Assembly: GCA_964609905.1 (NCBI GenBank)
Contig: CAZSUH010000004.1
Span: forward strand, 971-64,970
DNA: 64,000 nucleotides
Direction: 5' to 3'
Origin: an uncultured Verrucomicrobiota bacterium
Lineage (GTDB): Bacteria > Verrucomicrobiota > Kiritimatiellia > CAIKKV01
The notes beneath the pieces were generated by a model. It was not told where the DNA came from. It saw nothing but the letters and a program-made list of their open reading frames with translations, and did not search any database. The position numbers and the translations under genes were made by a program. Positions 54,574 to 63,809 of this stretch are shown one piece after another. Position 1 is the stretch's first letter. Every line of letters begins with the position of its first letter.

Positions 54574-55341
54574 TTAAGGCCGCAATTCCACCAATTGCCG
54601 GCTGATTCGCGCTACGCAGCCCGTCTCCACCCAGAGCCGCAGGGGATCGCCCTCCGGCATGCTCAAGGCCAACCGCATCCAGGCATCCCGCGCCTCGTCC
54701 AGCCGTAACGATTCTTCCAGCCGCCGGGGCTCCTCGAACCGTTTCGCATAACGCCGGCAATCCCGCTCGAACGCTTCCACTTCCCCAGGGTTGCCTCCTC
54801 CGTGGCGGGAATCCCCGAGAAGACGCATGGCATCCTGCAAGTCGCCTCCACAACGCGCCGTCCATGCCTTTTCCATTCCGTTGTTTTCGGAATCGGCACC
54901 TGTTCCCCCGGTTAATCCCCGGCTTACCGCGGTCCCCGCCATCAGCAACGACAGGAACAGGCCCACGCCGGCCCATCGCCGCATCGCGGGCGAAAGCTTG
55001 ATCCGAAACCGCCGGGAGACGGAAGCCGTGAGACGGAAGACAAGCACCGTGTGTCCCAACGTAACCGAGTCGCCATCGCTCAACACCGCCGTATCCACGC
55101 GTTTTCCCTGCACGATCACACCCGCTTTGCTGGGTTGTTCCGGCCAATCCTCGATCACCAGTCGAGTGCCGGTCACATGGCCCCGGGCGTGATGCCGCGA
55201 GACGCTCATGTCCCGCACCAGGGCACAGTCCACGGCATCCTCCCGAACCGCCCGCCCGATTGAAAATCCGCCGGACGGAACCTCGAACACCCGGCCCTGC
55301 TCGGGCCCTTTCACCACTTCAATCCGGATTGTCGGATTCAT
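54574..55341 (-). CDS. FHA-domain protein with a central TM segment and a C-terminal helical domain
   Basis: FSIGRAV...DMSVSRHHARGHV...VIEDW..PSKAGVIVQGKRV (FHA), followed by WAGVGLFLSLLMAGTAV (TM). Confidence 0.8.
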   Translation of the reverse strand: MNPTIRIEVVKGPEQGRVFEVPSGGFSIGRAVREDAVDCALVRDMSVSRHHARGHVTGTRLVIEDWPEQPSKAGVIVQGKRVDTAVLSDGDSVTLGHTVLVFRLTASVSRRFRIKLSPAMRRWAGVGLFLSLLMAGTAVSRGLTGGTGADSENNGMEKAWTARCGGDLQDAMRLLGDSRHGGGNPGEVEAFERDCRRYAKRFEEPRRLEESLRLDEARDAWMRLALSMPEGDPLRLWVETGCVARISRQLVELRP

Positions 55342-55359
55342 CCGATTCCCTTTCTGTTT

Positions 55360-56235
55360 TTACAGGCCGCCAAAACCGTTCAGATACATTTTGGCCTGGC
55401 TGACCAGGAGCGGAATGAACACCAGGCAGGCAAACGCCGGCACCATGAGAAGCAACAGGGGCAGGAGAATTTTTTGTTGCGCCTGGGCCCCCGAGCGTTC
55501 CGCCTTTTCCATCCGTTCCAGCCGCATCTTCTCGGCTTGTGCGGCCAATACATTCGCGACGCCGGCGCCCAGGTCAAGGCCCTGGCAGAGGATCGCCACA
55601 AAACTGGTCATCTCCGCCATCCGGATGCGGCGGGCCATCTCTTGCAACGACCCCGACAGAGAACGGCCCAGCGCCATGTCACGACGCGTCAGTTTCAACT
55701 CCTCGCGCAACGGACCGGCCCCGATTTTCTCCAGGACCCGATCGATGGACGCGCCGAACTCGAGCCCCGCCAGCGTGCATAACGCCAGCAGATCCACCAC
55801 GTAGGGCATGCTCCTGCGGATGGAGGCATGCCGCTCCTGAATGGCGCCCATCACCCACAAATCGGGAAACACCAGCCCCAGCGCCACCAACCCGGCCTGC
55901 ACCGGCAAACGGAAGGGCATGCCGGCCAACAACAGGGCGACGGCCAGCACAAAACGCAAGGACATGTAGTCTTCTGCCCGGATGACATGCCCATATCCGG
56001 CCGCGGTCAAGTTCCCCTGTATCCAACGGCTCCACGCCGGAATCCACGACAAGACGCGGCGGGACAAACCGGAAAAGATCGGAAAGCCCGGCCGTAGAGC
56101 GGCAAATAGTCCCGGCATTTCCGCGATCTTCGTTCCGTCAGATCCGGTTGCCATGGCGCTCATGACCCAGAAGGCCGTCGCGCCCGTGGCCGTTGTGACG
56201 CACAGCACGGATAGTTCTAAAAAAAGATTCTGCAT
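55360..56235 (-). CDS. tadC: Tad/T2SS-F family inner-membrane platform protein (TadC-like)
   Basis: ...MPYVVDLLALCTLAGLEFGASIDRVLEKIG.GPLREEL...LGRSLSGSLQEMARRI... is a T2SSF-domain pattern. Adjacent to the tadB-like gene. Confidence 0.8.
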   Translation of the reverse strand: MQNLFLELSVLCVTTATGATAFWVMSAMATGSDGTKIAEMPGLFAALRPGFPIFSGLSRRVLSWIPAWSRWIQGNLTAAGYGHVIRAEDYMSLRFVLAVALLLAGMPFRLPVQAGLVALGLVFPDLWVMGAIQERHASIRRSMPYVVDLLALCTLAGLEFGASIDRVLEKIGAGPLREELKLTRRDMALGRSLSGSLQEMARRIRMAEMTSFVAILCQGLDLGAGVANVLAAQAEKMRLERMEKAERSGAQAQQKILLPLLLLMVPAFACLVFIPLLVSQAKMYLNGFGGL

Positions 56236-56248
56236 GGTTGACCTCCCG

Positions 56249-57085
56249 TTATACTTTCACCGACGCCATGTTCCGGATGACCACCAACGCCAATCCGTTA
56301 AAAACAGATCCGATCGCCAACAGGCACTTTCCCCACCCCGTCGCAAACACGCCCCGCACGCCTTCCGGATCCAGACAGAGCCAGCCGACCAACAGTAGAT
56401 ACGGAAGGGCGGCCAGTGTATATCCCTGGAACCGGGTCTCCGAGGTCATGGTTCTCACGCGATCCTCGACGCGTTCCCGTTCGCGGATCATCTGGACCAG
56501 TCCGTCCAGAATACGGGTCAAATCCCCGCCTGTCTGCCGGCCCACCTGAACGGCCGTCACAAAAATCCGCACGCTTTCTCCTTTCATGCGCGCGGCCAGC
56601 CGTTCAAGTCCCTCGTCCAGGGATACACCCAGATCGCGGTCCCTGACCACCCGACCGAATTCAGGGCCGGCTGGTGCGGGCATCTCCCGGGCCACAATAT
56701 CCACGGCCTGGCTCAAGTTAAAACCGGCTCTCATGGAGTTGGCGATCATCAACAGCACATCCATGAATTGCCGTTGAAAGAGACGGCACCGCCAGCCCTG
56801 GTAAGCCGACAACACCCAACCGGGCGCGAACAAACCCACGCCCATCGCCAGACCGGCCAACAACAGACTGCGAGTCAGCGCATACAAGGCAAATCCGGCG
56901 AACCCGGAAACCGCCGCAATCCCCGCCAGAATGACCCGCTGCCCCAAAGCCACCCGCTCCCGTCCGAACCCCTCGGCGGCGGAGACGGCCGTCTCCAAAA
57001 TCCGCTTCCAAACGAGGGGCGCCAACAACCAGGCAGCCGAGAAACTCAATCCCCAAACTCCAAGATCCCAAATGGTCGCTCGCAT
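56249..57085 (-). CDS. tadB: Tad/T2SS-F family inner-membrane platform protein (TadB-like)
   Basis: ...FMDVLLMIANSMRAGFNLSQAVDIVAREMP.PAGPEF...LGVSLDEGLERLAARM... Confidence 0.8.
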   Translation of the reverse strand: MRATIWDLGVWGLSFSAAWLLAPLVWKRILETAVSAAEGFGRERVALGQRVILAGIAAVSGFAGFALYALTRSLLLAGLAMGVGLFAPGWVLSAYQGWRCRLFQRQFMDVLLMIANSMRAGFNLSQAVDIVAREMPAPAGPEFGRVVRDRDLGVSLDEGLERLAARMKGESVRIFVTAVQVGRQTGGDLTRILDGLVQMIRERERVEDRVRTMTSETRFQGYTLAALPYLLLVGWLCLDPEGVRGVFATGWGKCLLAIGSVFNGLALVVIRNMASVKV

Positions 57086-57107
57086 GGGTCTCCCCCTTTC
57101 TTTTCTC

Positions 57108-58529
57108 CTACAGACTCGGCCACTGAAAAGGAGCCGGCCAGTCGAACGGAAACCAGCCGTAAAAATCGATCCCTTCCCACTCGTTCAAACCCGTCAACGC
57201 GTTGATGCCTTCTGCCAGGCAGACGGGAAATTCAGTCGAACGGCGTCCGATGCTGGAGTCAGGCAGGTCCATCTGATGTGCCACGGCCTGCTGCAAACAG
57301 GTGTCCACCGCCGCGTTCGCCCGTTCACTGGCCGGCGCCTTGATCAATCGGCCCAGAAAGGCCAGTCCCTTGCCCACTCCGTCTTGGATGACGCGGCGCG
57401 CTGAGCGCAGGGGTTTCATCACCTCGTTCTCAAAGATTTTTGCCGCATCCTGACCTAATTTTCGGATCACGCCATATCCGGCCTCATGCACCTTCCGGAG
57501 CGCCTGGATTCCGAGCTGGGCGAGGTAGGCTTTGGGATTTTCCTGGAACGCCTTCAACCAGGCCAGCAACTGACTCAGATCCGTCAAGTTCAGACGCTTC
57601 ATCAGTTCTTCCGCGTCCATCTCGAATTCCACGGCAAATCCACAGCCAAGCCCCAGCGAGGCGCCAATGCTGGCCATGAAACTGACTTTCCCGTTCCATC
57701 CAAGGGTAGCCACCGCTTTGCCCTCAGCCAGCGCTCCCGCATACCCCGAGGCAATCAGATTAACGTTTGTTTTCACCCCAAACACATGCGCTTCGAAGTT
57801 CAGCTTGACCTCCCCCTTGGCGTAAACGCCCGCGGAACCCTGTGCGCCGAAGGTAATGCCCTTCTCGTCCACATAGGCGCCCATTTTCCCTTTGGCCACG
57901 GCCGCCACCTCAAGTTTTGCCGTGCCTTTGAAACTTGCGCCCACCTTTTTATCGCCGATCGCCATCTTGACTGTGTTGGCTTTCAACGACGCCTCCACCC
58001 CGATTTTTCCCTGGGCTTCGACCCCGTTGTCCCCCAACCGCACCTTGCCGTCCGCGCCGGCGTCGGCCTTGACCGCCAGCGTGCCAAGATCACCGCGTAC
58101 CGTTTTACGGTAAGAGGGACCCGTCTCGCCGGTCCAAACGGTCTCCCCGTTTTTAAGCCGGGTCCCGCCTATTTCGCGGGTCGTGGAATTGCCGATTTTG
58201 GCCTCCACGCCGGTTTTCGTGTCCACGAACCGGCCGGCTTCGCCCTCCCAAGTCGTCTCTCCGGTTTCGCCATGCCAACCGATCTCACGGGTCTTGACTT
58301 GCGTGCCCGATTTGCATGTCGCCCACTGGCCGCCGTCGGAAACGGTCCGGGACTGAATCTGCCGGGTTTCGGTAGTGACCTTAACCGCGCGTTCCGGTTG
58401 ACGAACCGTGGTTTTATCCGTCGTCGTGACGCGCGTTTTCGTTTCCGCCCCGGCGTTCAAACCGATTCCCAGAAGAACCGCCAAGAGGCAGCGTAAACCT
58501 GTTTTTCCCGCAACTAGCGTGACGTTCAT
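57108..58529 (-). CDS. Unknown secreted protein (473 aa) embedded in the Tad-like operon
   Basis: Signal peptide MNVTLVAGKTGLRCLLAVLLGIGLNAGA. Then a Thr/Gly/Lys/Glu-rich beta-like repeat region (GETGETTWEGEAG, GVEAQGKIGVEASLKANTVK, GASFKGTAKLEVAAVAKGKMGAY, AKGEVKLNFEAHVFGVKTNVNL). Then a helical C-terminal part ending in the aromatic tail FYGWFPFDWPAPFQWPSL. Confidence 0.75.
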   Translation of the reverse strand: MNVTLVAGKTGLRCLLAVLLGIGLNAGAETKTRVTTTDKTTVRQPERAVKVTTETRQIQSRTVSDGGQWATCKSGTQVKTREIGWHGETGETTWEGEAGRFVDTKTGVEAKIGNSTTREIGGTRLKNGETVWTGETGPSYRKTVRGDLGTLAVKADAGADGKVRLGDNGVEAQGKIGVEASLKANTVKMAIGDKKVGASFKGTAKLEVAAVAKGKMGAYVDEKGITFGAQGSAGVYAKGEVKLNFEAHVFGVKTNVNLIASGYAGALAEGKAVATLGWNGKVSFMASIGASLGLGCGFAVEFEMDAEELMKRLNLTDLSQLLAWLKAFQENPKAYLAQLGIQALRKVHEAGYGVIRKLGQDAAKIFENEVMKPLRSARRVIQDGVGKGLAFLGRLIKAPASERANAAVDTCLQQAVAHQMDLPDSSIGRRSTEFPVCLAEGINALTGLNEWEGIDFYGWFPFDWPAPFQWPSL

Positions 58530-58545
58530 GGTTCGTTCCTTTCCG

Positions 58546-59895
58546 TTACGGTTTCTTGGCATGGGCGGTCCAACCCGGATCTTTGCCCTGTCCGATCAGG
58601 ATCAAATCATCGAGCATCTTCATCGCATGGGGCGCCCATGGGCTCGATCCGTCCGCCACGACCGCCAGCAGGCGAAGCCCCCGGTCGAAATCGATTTGGC
58701 TCAACACCAGAAAGCGTCCAAGGTTGTACTGCGCATCCGGGAAATAGGGATCGGCCGCAACCGCCTTCGAGAAGCAATCCAGGGCGCCGTCGGCATCCGA
58801 TCGCTGAGTGGCGATCACGCCCAGATCGTTCCACGCGCGGGCATAGGCCGGCTTCAACTCGACACATTTGCGAAAGGCGGCTTCCGCTCGGACCACATCC
58901 CCGGTCTTGTCGTAGCACAGACCGAGCACATACCAGTTTTCCGGCACGCCGGGAAAACGGCGGGTTCCTTCTTCCGCTTGGGAGATCGCCTCGCCCATGC
59001 GCCCCTGTTCCGCCAGAACGGCGGCCAGGTCGTTGCGCACGGCCGGATCGGCGGGATACGTTCGGATCAAATCCCGCAGAATGGCTTCGGATTCCCGCCA
59101 CTCACGCCGGCGGCCGTGCAGGCGTGCTAATTGAAGGCGGGCTTCGGGAAAATCGGGCCGGGCTTTCAGCATCTCGCGCAACACCCGGTCCGCCTGCTCC
59201 ACCATTCCCTCGCGCACATAATGCGTGGCCAGCATCAGTTTGCTTTCGGGCGTGTCCCCGGAAACCTCAACCAGTGCCTGCCACACGCTTTCCTGCTGCT
59301 CCCTCATGCCGGCCTGATCGTAAAGGCGGGCCAGCAAAAAAAGGGTTTCCGCGTCGCCGGGATTCAGGCGAAGGCTGACGATCAGGTATTCCGCGGCCAG
59401 TTTGAGATTGCCCGACTCGATCAACAGCCGCGCCAAATTGTTCAAGGGCATGGCCAACAGGGGATTTTCGCGGACCGATCGCTCAAACGCCTTCTGCGCG
59501 TCCGGAATCCGCCCCTCCTTCAACAACACCGCGCCCAGGTTGTTCCAGGCCAGCGCATTTTCCGAATCCCATTCCACGGCCTGGCGATAATAGAACTCGG
59601 ATCGACCCAGATTGTTGCGCTGCAGGTGAAGGTTGCCGGCGTTATTGGCCGCGCCGCTGTAAATACGGCGCACATCGGGATCCGCCCCGGACTTGGCCCC
59701 CGCCAGCACGTTCTGAAAGGCCGTCAGGGCCTCCTCCATGCGGCCCGCTTCCTGATGCGCCACCCCCCGGTTGTAGGTTTCCGCCACCGCTCTGTTTGTG
59801 TCCGGCACCGTCGCCTCCCGCTCCACGCGTTCATCCTGCGCCCGGCACACGCCCAGCGCCGCCATCATCAACCCGATCCCGATCACCCGTTTCAT
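58546..59895 (-). CDS. TPR-repeat protein (TadD-like, possible lipoprotein)
   Basis: MKRVIGIGLMMAALGVCRAQ (signal/lipobox-like), followed by multiple TPR units (A..Y.LG......G....A...F..A). The start was moved to the ATG at 59895. Confidence 0.75.
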   Translation of the reverse strand: MKRVIGIGLMMAALGVCRAQDERVEREATVPDTNRAVAETYNRGVAHQEAGRMEEALTAFQNVLAGAKSGADPDVRRIYSGAANNAGNLHLQRNNLGRSEFYYRQAVEWDSENALAWNNLGAVLLKEGRIPDAQKAFERSVRENPLLAMPLNNLARLLIESGNLKLAAEYLIVSLRLNPGDAETLFLLARLYDQAGMREQQESVWQALVEVSGDTPESKLMLATHYVREGMVEQADRVLREMLKARPDFPEARLQLARLHGRRREWRESEAILRDLIRTYPADPAVRNDLAAVLAEQGRMGEAISQAEEGTRRFPGVPENWYVLGLCYDKTGDVVRAEAAFRKCVELKPAYARAWNDLGVIATQRSDADGALDCFSKAVAADPYFPDAQYNLGRFLVLSQIDFDRGLRLLAVVADGSSPWAPHAMKMLDDLILIGQGKDPGWTAHAKKP

Positions 59896-59975
59896 GCGTT
59901 TCTCCTTGCTTCTTCGATTCCCCGGCATCCCGGCCGCACCCGCGGCCGCAGGAGTCCGGATCGTTCCATCCGTGG

Positions 59976-61415
59976 TCAGGCCGCACCCTGGCGTGTCTGC
60001 CGCTCGTCGCCCGACGCCGAAACCGGCTCCGCCGGCCCTTCCGCAAACAACGCCCTATCGACCTCCAAGCCTCCCGCGCGCAGGCGGTCAATACAGGCGG
60101 GCACATACCCGGTGGCCCTGAACGCCCCTTCCACCCGCCCGTCTTTCGCGACGCCCGTCTGCTCGAACACGAAAATGTCCCGCGTCGTGATTTCGCCCGA
60201 TTCGATCCCCAGCACCTCGGAAATACGATCGATCTTCCGCGACCCATCGCTTAGGCGCGCGATCTGGACCACCAGTTGAACTGCGGAGGCGATGTTTCGT
60301 CGAATCACGGCAATCGGCATCTCCACGGCCATGAGCACCAACCCCTCGAGACGCGCCAACATGTCCCGGGGGGTATTGGCGTGCAGCGTCGTCATGGACC
60401 CCTCGTGCCCCGTGTTCATGGCCTGGAGCATGTCGAACGCCTCGGCGCCCCGGCACTCGCCCACAATAATCCGGTCGGGTCGCATGCGGAGCGCGTTGCG
60501 CACCAGATCGCGAATGGTCACCTCGCCCCGCCCTTCCACGTTGGCCCGGCGCGCTTCGAGCCGCACCAGGTTCAAATGGGTCAGCCGGAGTTCGGCCGAA
60601 TCCTCGATCGTGATCACCCGTTCATCCCCCGACACCGCCTGCGACAGCGCATTGAGCAAGGTGGTTTTCCCCGTTCCCGTGCCGCCCGATACGATCAGAT
60701 TGCGGCGGCCCCGCACGCACAACTCCAGGAACCGCATCATCGCCGGCGTGCAGGAACCGCGCGCGATCAGATCCGCCGCGCCCAGCCCCCGCTTGGCGAA
60801 CTTGCGAATGGTGATCGTGGCCCCGTCCACGGCCAGGGGCGGCAGAATGATGTGTACCCGGGAACCGTCTCGCTCCAGTCTCGCATCCACGTAGGGCATG
60901 CTTTCGTCCACCCGGCGGCCGATCGGCGCCACAATCCGGTCGATGATACTGGCGAGCTGCTTGGAGGTGGCGAAACGGCGGCTGGTCAGTTCCATCCGAC
61001 CATGCCGGGCCACAAAAATGCGCTCCGGTCCGTTGACCATGATCTCCTCGACGCTCTCGTCCTTGAGCAGGTCCTCCAACGGCCCCAGTTCCAACGCCTC
61101 GTCCAGCACCTCCTTGACCAGCGTCTCCCGCTCATGCGCGGAAATCGGCTCGCCCAGCCGGTCCATCTCGAATCGGATGATGTCCTCCGTGCGGGTTCGC
61201 AACGCGATCATGCGCATCGCTCCTTCCAGAACATCCAGATTCATCCGGCGCAGTTCCTCGTTCTCCTGCACCTGTGCCAGAAGCCGGGACTTAATCCCCT
61301 GGAGCCGGCCGCGCCGCTCTTTTTCGCGCTCCTCGATCACGGCCAAAACCGTTTTCATGTCGATGCATTTCGTCCCCCCCGAATCAACCGGGGCGTGTTC
61401 TCGTCGCTCGTTCAT
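59976..61415 (-). CDS. cpaF: CpaF/TadA-type secretion ATPase
   Basis: ...LIVSGGTGTGKTTLLNAL (Walker A)...RPDRIIVGECRGAEAFDMLQAMNTGHEGSMTTLHAN... Confidence 0.92.
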   Translation of the reverse strand: MNERREHAPVDSGGTKCIDMKTVLAVIEEREKERRGRLQGIKSRLLAQVQENEELRRMNLDVLEGAMRMIALRTRTEDIIRFEMDRLGEPISAHERETLVKEVLDEALELGPLEDLLKDESVEEIMVNGPERIFVARHGRMELTSRRFATSKQLASIIDRIVAPIGRRVDESMPYVDARLERDGSRVHIILPPLAVDGATITIRKFAKRGLGAADLIARGSCTPAMMRFLELCVRGRRNLIVSGGTGTGKTTLLNALSQAVSGDERVITIEDSAELRLTHLNLVRLEARRANVEGRGEVTIRDLVRNALRMRPDRIIVGECRGAEAFDMLQAMNTGHEGSMTTLHANTPRDMLARLEGLVLMAVEMPIAVIRRNIASAVQLVVQIARLSDGSRKIDRISEVLGIESGEITTRDIFVFEQTGVAKDGRVEGAFRATGYVPACIDRLRAGGLEVDRALFAEGPAEPVSASGDERQTRQGAA

Positions 61416-61417
61416 GA

Positions 61418-62911
61418 TTACTTCTCCTTATTCCGGCCGCCTTGCCCTTTTTCCGACAACTCCGCCCTGCTCCTCACGCCGTCCCGCAACGCCTCCTCCT
61501 CCGGCCCCCCCGGCACGATGCGCCGGGGCGTGATCAGGATGACCAGTTCGCTTTGTTTTTTTCGATAACGGTCGGACTTGAACAACTCGCCCAGCACGGG
61601 AATGTCGCCCAGGCCAGGAATCTTGGAAACGTCCTCGGTGGCCGTATGCCCAATGAGCGCGCCCAGGCTGAGCGTCTGGCCCTGTTTGACGTTGACCGAG
61701 GTGCGGACATAGCGCTTCAGAATCGACGGATATGACCCAATCACAGGCCCAAGACTGCTGAACTCGATGGCGACTTTGGTCTCCAGATTCCCCGCCTTGT
61801 CCATCCGGGGTTCCAGGTTCATTCCAATCCCGTATTCCACCTCCTTCACCTCCACGTCCCGATCGCCCGGTCCGGTGGCCACGATATGGAAGGAGCCGCC
61901 CGCGAAAAACCGGCTGTTCCCGCCGTCTTCGCAAACCAGGTTCTGGGTGTAGAGCACACGGGCCTCGCCAGACTGAACGTGCGGCAGAAGCAACTCAAAG
62001 AGTTTGGTCGTGCCCAGCGATACCGAGGAAACAGGATCAGCTCCGCGGGAGGCGGCTTTCCAGCCGGCCTGCAAACTGAGCGTCTGAACGCCCCCCCAAT
62101 CCACGCCCATCTCGCGCATCGTATCGAGGGTGATTTCCACCAGCTGGCACTCCAGCAGAAGCAGCGGTTTTTCAAGCACCACGTCCTGGGGCATGTCCGC
62201 GGCCTTCCAGGGCTTCACCGTCAGAAAACTTCGCACCTCGGGATAGATGGATCGGGCGGCCGCTTCGGTAAAAGCCTTCTCCGCTTCGCCAAACACCATC
62301 CCCTGCAAAAACAACTCCCGCCCGCAAAAGGAAACGTCGATGTTGCCGTTGGCGATCCGTTCCCGTACGGCGGCGACAACCGAAGCGCCGAAGGCGGAAT
62401 CCAGGCCGGTCAGGTCCACCACGGACTCGCCGTACACGGCCCGTATCCGGGCGACCGCGTCCAGTTCATGCCGGTTGGCAATCCGCCCCATGATCCGAAC
62501 CTTGTCCGAACCGGGGACGGGCGCCGCTGTCAGCGACTCCAGCGCCTTCCCCTCCGGGTCGACCAGCAACGATTGGACCGCGGCATCGAGAGGCCCCGAT
62601 CCCTCGCTCCGCCCCACAAACACTTCCAACCGATCCCGCTCCGTTTCCGCCTGGTCAAACACAAACACGGTGGCCCGCCCTTCCTGAAGCGGCGTCATCA
62701 CCAGCGTGTCGCCGGCAATTTCCACGCCCACCACCCGATCCCCCCCCGCGGCCAACTCAGCGCGCGAAACGGCATAGTCCGCCGAGAACGCGCCGGGTTT
62801 CCCGGATTTCACGTCCAGGGCAACCCGCACCACCGCTCCGGAGGTTTCCACGGCCATCCACGCCGCCGCCACAAGCCCCAGTTTCCAGTTTGTTTTGTTA
62901 TGCCGATACAT
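61418..62911 (-). CDS. cpaC: Tad/type II-III secretin (CpaC/RcpA-like)
   Basis: C-terminal secretin core ...VNVKQGQTLSLGALI...VSKIPGLGDIPVLGELFKS....SELVILITPRIV. The start was moved to the ATG at 62911 (MYRHNKTNWKLGLVAAAW). Confidence 0.88.
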   Translation of the reverse strand: MYRHNKTNWKLGLVAAAWMAVETSGAVVRVALDVKSGKPGAFSADYAVSRAELAAGGDRVVGVEIAGDTLVMTPLQEGRATVFVFDQAETERDRLEVFVGRSEGSGPLDAAVQSLLVDPEGKALESLTAAPVPGSDKVRIMGRIANRHELDAVARIRAVYGESVVDLTGLDSAFGASVVAAVRERIANGNIDVSFCGRELFLQGMVFGEAEKAFTEAAARSIYPEVRSFLTVKPWKAADMPQDVVLEKPLLLLECQLVEITLDTMREMGVDWGGVQTLSLQAGWKAASRGADPVSSVSLGTTKLFELLLPHVQSGEARVLYTQNLVCEDGGNSRFFAGGSFHIVATGPGDRDVEVKEVEYGIGMNLEPRMDKAGNLETKVAIEFSSLGPVIGSYPSILKRYVRTSVNVKQGQTLSLGALIGHTATEDVSKIPGLGDIPVLGELFKSDRYRKKQSELVILITPRRIVPGGPEEEALRDGVRSRAELSEKGQGGRNKEK

Positions 62912-62936
62912 ATCCGTCTCCTGATAAGGGTTCTGG

Positions 62937-63788
62937 TTAAAGGGTCCCGAAATCTTCCAACGCCTGGCGTGTCGCCGTGCGAATCTTGACCGGCACACGG
63001 GCGCCGAATGCTTCATCGCCCTTCAACGAGGGCAACCGTTCGGGAGGCGGTTGAAGCGGTTCGACCAGGTCGTTCCGGCGGTTGCGCAACACGCAGCGGA
63101 GATAGGCCATTGGGGAGGCCAGACTCAACCGCCAGGCCTCGGCCGATGTGACCTCCACCGTGACATACACGTTCATCGGCACGGAGGAAACGGGTCGGGC
63201 AAGGCCGCCGGCCGCCTCCGCCACAGAGTCCGCGCCTACCGCCCGTTCCCCCATCCGTTGATCCACGGCCAGCACCTTGACCGCTTGCACGAGCACGCTC
63301 GCATGACTGCGGGTCGTTTCGGCTGAACTGGCCGACGACTCGAACACGCCGATGATATCCACCCGGTCATTCGGCTGAAGCAGGCCGGCCAACCCCCCTT
63401 CGCCGTCGAATTTGATCGTCATCGCGCGGGTCGCCGTTCCGGCGCGCACGCGAAGCGACAACAGGCCGGCGCCGTCTTGCGCCAGCTTGGTGGCCAGAAT
63501 CTGCTCGCCCTTGCGCAACGGGATCTGAATCATAATCCCCTCCGCGTTCCAATCGAGATTGGTCAACGCGCCCGGTTGCACGAAGGCCGATGGTGTTTCG
63601 GCCGTCTCCACATCGCGTGCTTCCAGAACATGCCCCGCCAACATGTCCCGGGCCGCCACCCAGACCGGGGTGCGGCAACCGTAAACAGCCGTGATTTCGG
63701 CTGTTTTGCGCCCCACATGAATCCGATAAAACAGCCAGGCCAGCAGACTCATCCCCAACGCCACCCACACGGTCATCTTCCTGTTCAT
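62937..63788 (-). CDS. cpaB: CpaB/RcpC-like Flp pilus assembly protein (SAF domain)
   Basis: N-terminal TM helix, then VWVAARDMLAGHVLEARDVE...IPLRKGEQIL (SAF-like), then ...RVDIIGVFES...VQAVKVLAVDQ. Confidence 0.8.
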   Translation of the reverse strand: MNRKMTVWVALGMSLLAWLFYRIHVGRKTAEITAVYGCRTPVWVAARDMLAGHVLEARDVETAETPSAFVQPGALTNLDWNAEGIMIQIPLRKGEQILATKLAQDGAGLLSLRVRAGTATRAMTIKFDGEGGLAGLLQPNDRVDIIGVFESSASSAETTRSHASVLVQAVKVLAVDQRMGERAVGADSVAEAAGGLARPVSSVPMNVYVTVEVTSAEAWRLSLASPMAYLRCVLRNRRNDLVEPLQPPPERLPSLKGDEAFGARVPVKIRTATRQALEDFGTL

Positions 63789-63809
63789 CCCATTTCTCCT
63801 GTTGGTCGT

